A stretch of 32,000 nt of DNA, taken from Methanothermobacter thermautotrophicus str. Delta H (GTDB lineage: Archaea; Methanobacteriota; Methanobacteria; Methanobacteriales; Methanothermobacteraceae). Where the stretch lies: positions 300,001-332,000 of the forward strand of contig NC_000916.1 in the NCBI RefSeq assembly GCF_000008645.1. Reading direction: 5' to 3'. Both the position numbers and the translations under genes were made by a program. The first letter of the stretch is position 1; each line of letters opens with the position of its first letter. Shown piece by piece: positions 26,876-32,000 of the stretch. Under the pieces are notes generated by a model. That model made no database searches. It saw only the letters and a program-made list of their open reading frames with translations, and was not told where the DNA came from.

Positions 26876-28693
26876 CTATGTGACGTTTATGAAGAGATGG
26901 AGGGACCTGTAGGGCTTTTCTGTGTCAGGTAACCTGTAGAGAAGGAATTCGAGTTTCTGGTTCTTTCCAGCCTCTGTTACTGTGAGATTCACCCTCTTCT
27001 CCCACCTCTCACCATTACCCAGTTTTAGGGTTTCATTCCTTAAAACATCTCCGCCTATTCTCACCACCATCCGGTAGGTTTCGTTACGGTACTCCCTGTT
27101 CACCACTCCTACCATTACCTCAACGCGCTCGCCGGCAGTAACATTCTCAGGGTAACCGTAGGCCTTACCACCAGGCCCCAGGATGTAGAACTCGGTGAAC
27201 CTCTCAGAGGGCACCGGGTTAAGGGTCAGGTAGACCGTGACTGCAACGAGGGCCACGAGTACAGCCGAGAGTATGAGGGATACCTTACCATCCCTTGAGA
27301 GACTGCGGGGTGATGGGATACGTCTCACATCAACTGAGTATGCAAGTCCCCCGGCCCTGTAACGCCTTATAAAGGCTGCGGGTGTCATTATCAGGCTTAT
27401 TGCAGATATGCTCCTTGCAAGAAGCGGCTTGAAGGTAACATGACCACCCATAAGGAGCGCTATCACCGATGATATGATTATGCTTACTGAAAATTCAAGG
27501 AAGAGCCTCTCGGGGACGCTTAACTGGTCTCTGAGGGGTGCCACGGCAGCTGTTAGAATGTATCCGGGTATCAGGAGCACCTGGAGGTAGAAGAGGGCTT
27601 CCACAACGCCCCGCGGAGATGAATTGATTGCAGCGATGGTAAAGATGCTCAGGAGCACCATAACCAGAAGGTCACTGAAACCTGCCAGGTTCCTTCTGGC
27701 TTCCTTTTCTATCCAGAACTCATCCCCGGGGAATGCCCTTCTGAGCTCCCCCTCCAGATCCCTCTCTTTACCCGTCCTCAGGGCCTTCTTCTTTATCCCT
27801 GAAGGGTCAACTGCCCTGAGATCCCTTTCAGGTATCTCCGGGACATGCAGTATTACATCATCCTCGACGAGTCCGTACCTTTCGAGGATGTCCCTCTCTG
27901 ACATCTGCAGTGACTCTATCTCCCCTATCCTCTGCCTGGTCCTCCTTATGTAGGCCACAAGGGCTGATAGTATACCTGCTGCACCAAGGACCACCACCCC
28001 GTATTTGCTTCCTGTGGTTCCAGCTACCAGCGTGAGTAGAAGGGCGAATGGTATGGTTAATGCGGCCCTTCTGAGCCTTCCATATCCCTGGAGTCTCAGT
28101 AGAAGGGCGGCTGCAAGGCCATAGGACGAGGAGGCTATAAGTATAATGATGAGCACAAACCTGACCGGGTTCAGGTGGATGAATGCTATTAGGAGAGGTG
28201 TGGCACCGGAAAGGACAGCTGAAATCAGGATGTCCCTTAATGGTGCATGTTCTCCCCCATGGGCTTCCTCTAAACCGCTTTTTCTTTCAGAGGTATCAGC
28301 CCGGCTTTCCACTGGGTGGTCTCTTTTTGCGAGTTCTCTGGCGGTTTTTATCTGGGTGCTTTCCACCTCAACATCCTTTCTGGAGCGTTTCAGGAGCAGG
28401 ATGATTGGTATGAGTATGGCGGGGAGGGCGTAGAGGACCCTTACATTCCTAAGGTATGTATAGTTCAGAATGAATGCGTTGAGGGCCAGTATTAGAAGCC
28501 CCGGTATGGGGGTGATCAGGGTATCCCCAAGACCGGTCAGTCTGAGGAAGCTGTAACCTGTTACCAGCACACAGAGGATGAGCCCTGCTACCCTGAGGTG
28601 AAACTGGGGCGCTGCTATCAGAAGAGCTGAGATTATACCTGTTATGAGGAGTAGGATTTTCGCTTTGAACTTCACATGAGATTCTCCTGTCAC
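26876..28693 (-). CDS. Multi-TM membrane protein, DUF1616-like
   Basis: Hydrophobic N-terminus plus DLLVMVLLSIFTIAAINSSPRGVVEALFYLQVLLIPGYILTAAVAPLRDQLSVPERLFLEFSVSIIISSVIALLMGG followed by an extracellular domain (TLNPVPSERFTEFYILGPGGKAYGYPENVTAGERVEVMVGVVNRE). Confidence 0.75.
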   Translation of the reverse strand: MTGESHVKFKAKILLLITGIISALLIAAPQFHLRVAGLILCVLVTGYSFLRLTGLGDTLITPIPGLLILALNAFILNYTYLRNVRVLYALPAILIPIILLLKRSRKDVEVESTQIKTARELAKRDHPVESRADTSERKSGLEEAHGGEHAPLRDILISAVLSGATPLLIAFIHLNPVRFVLIIILIASSSYGLAAALLLRLQGYGRLRRAALTIPFALLLTLVAGTTGSKYGVVVLGAAGILSALVAYIRRTRQRIGEIESLQMSERDILERYGLVEDDVILHVPEIPERDLRAVDPSGIKKKALRTGKERDLEGELRRAFPGDEFWIEKEARRNLAGFSDLLVMVLLSIFTIAAINSSPRGVVEALFYLQVLLIPGYILTAAVAPLRDQLSVPERLFLEFSVSIIISSVIALLMGGHVTFKPLLARSISAISLIMTPAAFIRRYRAGGLAYSVDVRRIPSPRSLSRDGKVSLILSAVLVALVAVTVYLTLNPVPSERFTEFYILGPGGKAYGYPENVTAGERVEVMVGVVNREYRNETYRMVVRIGGDVLRNETLKLGNGERWEKRVNLTVTEAGKNQKLEFLLYRLPDTEKPYRSLHLFINVT

Positions 28694-28834
28694 TGCAATT
28701 GATTAAGTAGATTATTATCAATTCTGGACTGATAAATATTTACCATCAGTGCCCGGCGGAACATAATAAAATTAGAATAGATAAGGTTTCGATATATCCT
28801 GCCTGGACAGTTCTGGCATGGAATTCCGATAGAA

Positions 28835-29347
28835 TCAGGTACCCGGTGACCTTATGGCTATATGGTAGACCCTCACCCTGTATTCGCCGGGTTCTGTGAA
28901 TGGTGGCACCGTGAGACTGAGATCAACAGGCACCACCGCATCGATATCCCGTTTCGCTGCCCAGTTCTTTCTTACCGGTGTGTAGGTTGTTGTTAGTGGT
29001 GTTTCGGGGAGTCCGATGCCGTAGTTGGCGTATTTGAGGTTCTGTATGGGTATGGTTTCTGGGCCCTGGAGGTCTCCTTCGGCTCTTATGTAGAGGTCGA
29101 TGGGTACGTTGGATAGGTCCTTTATCTGGAGTCCCTGGGGTCCTCCTGGCCAGTAGTATTCTTTTCCGGGTTCCACTGTGGCTGTGAGTGTGAAGGAGTT
29201 CCCGGTTTCCCTTCCCTGCCAGAGGACCATTATTTCAACACTCTCGGGTACCGTAACGGTAACTTCCTGCACCGTATTCATGGTTGCAAATGGCACCGGA
29301 AGGAGGAGCAGGATGAAGAGCACACCCATCCATTCGTGGCTGTACAT
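28835..29347 (-). CDS. Small secreted protein, paralog 1
   Basis: Signal-like N-terminus GVLFILLLLPVPFATMNT and a core shared with 29513..30022. Confidence 0.75.
   Translation of the reverse strand: MYSHEWMGVLFILLLLPVPFATMNTVQEVTVTVPESVEIMVLWQGRETGNSFTLTATVEPGKEYYWPGGPQGLQIKDLSNVPIDLYIRAEGDLQGPETIPIQNLKYANYGIGLPETPLTTTYTPVRKNWAAKRDIDAVVPVDLSLTVPPFTEPGEYRVRVYHIAIRSPGT
28961..29274 (-). repeat. 314-bp duplicated core, copy 1
   Basis: Ungapped match to 29636..29949 at an offset of 675 with 2 mismatches, compared base by base. Confidence 0.97.
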
Positions 29348-29512
29348 GATATGACCTGATTGAGTGGTTGCATTTACTTATATTATGTTAGATTATCCCT
29401 ATAATAATTTATTATCAATAAAGGTCTCACAGCATGAACCATGTGACTCATAAAAAATAGTGTGTTGAATGGGAGTGGCTGCTGTTAAATCATGATTCTG
29501 GTGTATCCCTGG

Positions 29513-30022
29513 CTATTCTCCATGGGGGACCGCTATGTGGTATATGTTAACTGAGTAGACACCGGCAGCGGTTGCTGGTGGTACCGTGAGGTGGAGGTCA
29601 ACCGGTATCAGGGATTCATCCTCTGATTTAACCATCCAGTTCTTTCTTACCGGTGTGTAGGTTGTTGTTAGTGGTGTTTCGGGGAGTCCGATGCCGTAGT
29701 TGGCGTATTTGAGGTTCTGTATGGGTATGGTTTCTGGGCCCTGGAGGTCTCCTTCGGCTCTTATGTAGAGGTCGATGGGTACGTTGGATAGGTCCTTTAT
29801 CTGGAGTCCCTGGGGTCCTCCTGGCCAGTAGTATTCTTTTCCGGGTTCCACTGTGGCTGTGAGTGTGAAGGAGTTCCCGGTTTCCCTTCCCTGCCAGAGG
29901 ACCATTATTTCAACACTCTCGGGCACCGTAACGGTAACCTCCTGCACCGCGGTGGCTCCTGCTGCAGGTTTTAAAAGCAGAAGGAGGATGACTGCAGTGA
30001 CCATTCCAGCAGTTTTAAGCAT
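29513..30022 (-). CDS. Small secreted protein, paralog 2
   Basis: Signal-like N-terminus LKTAGMVTAVILLLLLKPAAGA; same core TVQEVTVTVPESVEIMVLWQGRETGNSFTLTATVEPGKEYYWPGGPQGLQIKDLSNVPIDLYIRAEGDLQGPETIPIQNLKYANYGIGLPETPLTTTYTPVRKNW. Confidence 0.75.
   Translation of the reverse strand: MLKTAGMVTAVILLLLLKPAAGATAVQEVTVTVPESVEIMVLWQGRETGNSFTLTATVEPGKEYYWPGGPQGLQIKDLSNVPIDLYIRAEGDLQGPETIPIQNLKYANYGIGLPETPLTTTYTPVRKNWMVKSEDESLIPVDLHLTVPPATAAGVYSVNIYHIAVPHGE
29636..29949 (-). repeat. 314-bp duplicated core, copy 2
   Basis: See 28961..29274. Confidence 0.97.
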
Positions 30023-30135
30023 ATTCCCACCCCATCATGTCCTGGAGGTTCCTATGGAGTCACATCCACTTACCGGTTTCTGTGAATATAATCACGAAAA
30101 CGACTATGAAAATCCTTAAAATTTATTACTAAATC

Positions 30136-30212
30136 TTCTGTAGAGGGACCCTTCAGATATCAGTAAAAAAAAGTTTCTGTAGAGAAACCTCCAGATATTA
30201 GTAAAAAAGGCC
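30136..30212. repeat. Imperfect tandem repeat upstream of the eha operon
   Basis: TTCTGTAGAGGGACCCTTCAGATATCAGTAAAAAA (30136) and TTCTGTAGAGAAACCTCCAGATATTAGTAAAAAA (30175). Confidence 0.85.
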
Positions 30213-30263
30213 ATAATTTTATTAAGAGGTCTTTTTTAGGTCTAACTCACCTTTTTTAAAAAG

Positions 30264-30272
30264 ATTTATATA
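30264..30272 (+). promoter_or_regulatory. Putative BRE/TATA of the eha operon
   Basis: AAAAAGATTTATATATG, a good archaeal BRE/TATA match just upstream of ehaA. Confidence 0.7.
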
Positions 30273-30295
30273 TGTTGGATTATCATTCTTTTATC

Positions 30296-30589
30296 ATGAT
30301 TATTCATGTTACATATCTTTCAGGTTACCTAGCAGCCATTATTTCATCGATAATCGTTTCAGCGATACTGGGGCTTCCCCTGACACCTGAAAGGCCGGCC
30401 AGGCACTCATGGACACCATCGGCCATCTTCCCGACACCGGTAATTGCACTGGGACTCACAGCAATATCCATAAAACTGGGTGTCACAGGTATCTATGGAG
30501 CCGACCTCGGAGCCGTGGCAGGGGTCCTATCAGCAATAATGACTGCATACTTCCTTGAGGATATATTCCCCAGACCGGAGGACTCATGA
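30296..30589 (+). CDS. ehaA: Energy-converting hydrogenase A subunit A
   Basis: [65 protein letters not shown] and the gene order that follows. The track ORF start at 30272 lies inside the TATA box. Confidence 0.85.
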   Translation: MIIHVTYLSGYLAAIISSIIVSAILGLPLTPERPARHSWTPSAIFPTPVIALGLTAISIKLGVTGIYGADLGAVAGVLSAIMTAYFLEDIFPRPEDS

Positions 30590-31092
30590 TGAATGAACTG
30601 GTTGGAGTTGCAGCCGCAGCAGCCATATCCTGGCTGAACTTCGTTGTGATAGACACATGGATGGGTCTCCCTGAGAAGCCAGGTGTGAGGGGGGCCGACT
30701 ACATTGGAAGGGACATAGAGAAGAGGGGAGGCGACCTTGCGGGTGGCTTCTTCCAGGGAAACATTGTATGCTCACCGGACGCATCAGCAGGCACCCTCCT
30801 CGGCGCCATCGGATGCTACCTCATTGGCGTGCCTGAGGGAGGCCTCGTGGCAGCCCTCCTGGTGTTCATAGGGAACCGTCTCTGCGCCGACCCGGGGTAT
30901 GCCGGGACACTCGGGGCCCTCTCCATAACAGTCATAATAGCGCTGGCATCCCTCGCCGGGATGAGCCCCGGGCTCTTCGTCGCCGGGATGGTCATTGCAA
31001 TAACCACCATACAGGGTGTGAGCCACTCCAGATCATCAAGGCTCCTTGGGGCCATAGCCAGGAGGATGAACAGGTACACTGACCTGAAATAG
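30586..31092 (+). CDS. ehaB: Energy-converting hydrogenase A subunit B
   Basis: Small multi-TM protein [59 protein letters not shown] following ehaA with a 4-bp overlap. Confidence 0.85.
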   Translation: MMNELVGVAAAAAISWLNFVVIDTWMGLPEKPGVRGADYIGRDIEKRGGDLAGGFFQGNIVCSPDASAGTLLGAIGCYLIGVPEGGLVAALLVFIGNRLCADPGYAGTLGALSITVIIALASLAGMSPGLFVAGMVIAITTIQGVSHSRSSRLLGAIARRMNRYTDLK

Positions 31093-31104
31093 AAGGTGTT
31101 AATC

Positions 31105-31356
31105 ATGTTGATCCAGATAACAGGGATAATAGTGGTGCTCATGGCCTTGAGGACACTCCTGGCCCAGGACAGGGCTGAGAGGCTCCTCTACCTCAATGCC
31201 ATGTCCTTTGGAATATCTGCAATGATAGCCCTCTACGTTGGAACCGCCTTTGGCGCTGTCCTTGCAACGGTATACTTTGTGGCATCAACCATAACATCCA
31301 ATGCAATCGCCCACACCCTTGACCGTGTTGGAGAGGAAATGGTTATCGAGGATTAG
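31105..31356 (+). CDS. ehaC: Energy-converting hydrogenase A subunit C
   Basis: [78 protein letters not shown]; position in the operon. GTG at 31096 is an alternative start. Confidence 0.82.
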   Translation: MLIQITGIIVVLMALRTLLAQDRAERLLYLNAMSFGISAMIALYVGTAFGAVLATVYFVASTITSNAIAHTLDRVGEEMVIED

Positions 31357-31380
31357 GAATATATAGATGATTACTGGTGA

Positions 31381-31659
31381 ATGTTTATGAATCCGATGGA
31401 CCTCCTTAACATTACAAACGTTGGTGTCTTTGTCATATTCACGGGAGCTGCAGGCATCATACTCCTCTCAAGGCCCCTTGATAAGATAATAATGTTTTCG
31501 CTCCTCCAGGGGGGCTTTGTGATGGTCCTTGCAGCTGCAAGGTACCTTGATGTTGCCATGGCAGCGGCCCTCTTTGACCCCATATCAACCATAATACTGC
31601 TGATGGCCGTTATGAGGATAAATGATATAAGGACTTCGAGGGGTGAGGAACTTGCCTGA
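31381..31659 (+). CDS. ehaD: Energy-converting hydrogenase A subunit D
   Basis: [78 protein letters not shown]; position. ATG at 31387 is an alternative start. Confidence 0.82.
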   Translation: MFMNPMDLLNITNVGVFVIFTGAAGIILLSRPLDKIIMFSLLQGGFVMVLAAARYLDVAMAAALFDPISTIILLMAVMRINDIRTSRGEELA

Positions 31660-31694
31660 GGCTTCCATGTTCTCATTCAGGATTATTTACGGGG

Positions 31695-31964
31695 GTGAGG
31701 AACTTGCTTGAGACCCAGATCTGGTTCTATGCAGGGGCAGCCCTTGTGGTGATAGGTTCAATCGCAACCGTGGCAGGTCCGGGTGTCAGGGACCCCATTG
31801 TGAGGATCCTCAACACCGAGATACCTGCGGTTGGTGTTTCACTCATATTCCTCACCTACAACCACACCCTTGCCCTCCTGACCTTCATCGCGGCAACAAC
31901 CATAATGACACTGGTACTCCTCAGGGCGGTTATAAGGCTTGAGGAGATGGGGGTGGAATTATGA
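31695..31964 (+). CDS. ehaE: Energy-converting hydrogenase A subunit E
   Basis: [76 protein letters not shown]; position. TTG at 31704 is an alternative start. Confidence 0.82.
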   Translation: MRNLLETQIWFYAGAALVVIGSIATVAGPGVRDPIVRILNTEIPAVGVSLIFLTYNHTLALLTFIAATTIMTLVLLRAVIRLEEMGVEL

Positions 31965-32000
31965 GTCTTGGAAGAATCCTGAATGAACTTGCGAACCCCA
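31961..32000 (+). CDS. ehaF: Energy-converting hydrogenase A subunit F, 5' end only
   Basis: ATG overlaps the ehaE stop (ATGAGTCTTGGAAGAATCCTGAATGAACTTGCG) and runs off the right edge. The identity is from operon order only. Confidence 0.55.
   Translation, partial: MSLGRILNELANP

Noticed and set aside
1-32000. CRISPR arrays, transposons, prophage genes, tRNA or rRNA genes
   Set aside because: Regularly spaced repeats, transposase or integrase motifs and tRNA-like or rRNA signatures were looked for by eye and none were recognised. Short or diverged structural RNAs cannot be excluded without a covariance-model scan.

Overview
The window looks like euryarchaeal chromosome from a pseudomurein-walled methanogen, most like Methanothermobacter. 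That assignment is inferred from the Eha hydrogenase genes, pseudomurein-binding repeats and GGAGGTG-type ribosome-binding sites; no database was searched. Contents from left to right: (1) a secreted glycosidase-like protein with an odd Tyr/Lys-rich insert, running off the left edge; (2) a Kef-type antiporter with a frame break near its N-terminus; (3) a secreted protein with pseudomurein-binding repeats and a transglutaminase-type domain; (4) an orphan membrane histidine kinase; (5) a cell-surface polymer locus at 7.5-18.3 kb with two CDP-glycerol glycerophosphotransferase (TagF/TagB-like) paralogs, a bacterial-type GpsA, a sugar/polyol-phosphate nucleotidyltransferase, several glycosyltransferases and a degenerate flippase; (6) an SDR/GT2/SDR/GT4/GT2/flippase-like run at 18.4-24.3 kb; (7) an opposite-strand block with an intact flippase, a UDP-sugar epimerase and a DUF1616-type membrane protein; (8) two secreted paralogs sharing a nearly identical 314-bp core; (9) the start of the eha hydrogenase operon (ehaA-ehaF). 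The best candidate for an undescribed system is the GpsA + nucleotidyltransferase + TagF-like set, which suggests a teichoic-acid-like glycerol-phosphate polymer in an archaeon. The other main observations are two cases of apparent gene conversion, several single-base frame breaks (mostly in or next to short G/C runs), two secreted genes that seem to lack a canonical start codon, and repeated or structured leaders upstream of two operons. Comparisons and translations were done by eye from the sequence.
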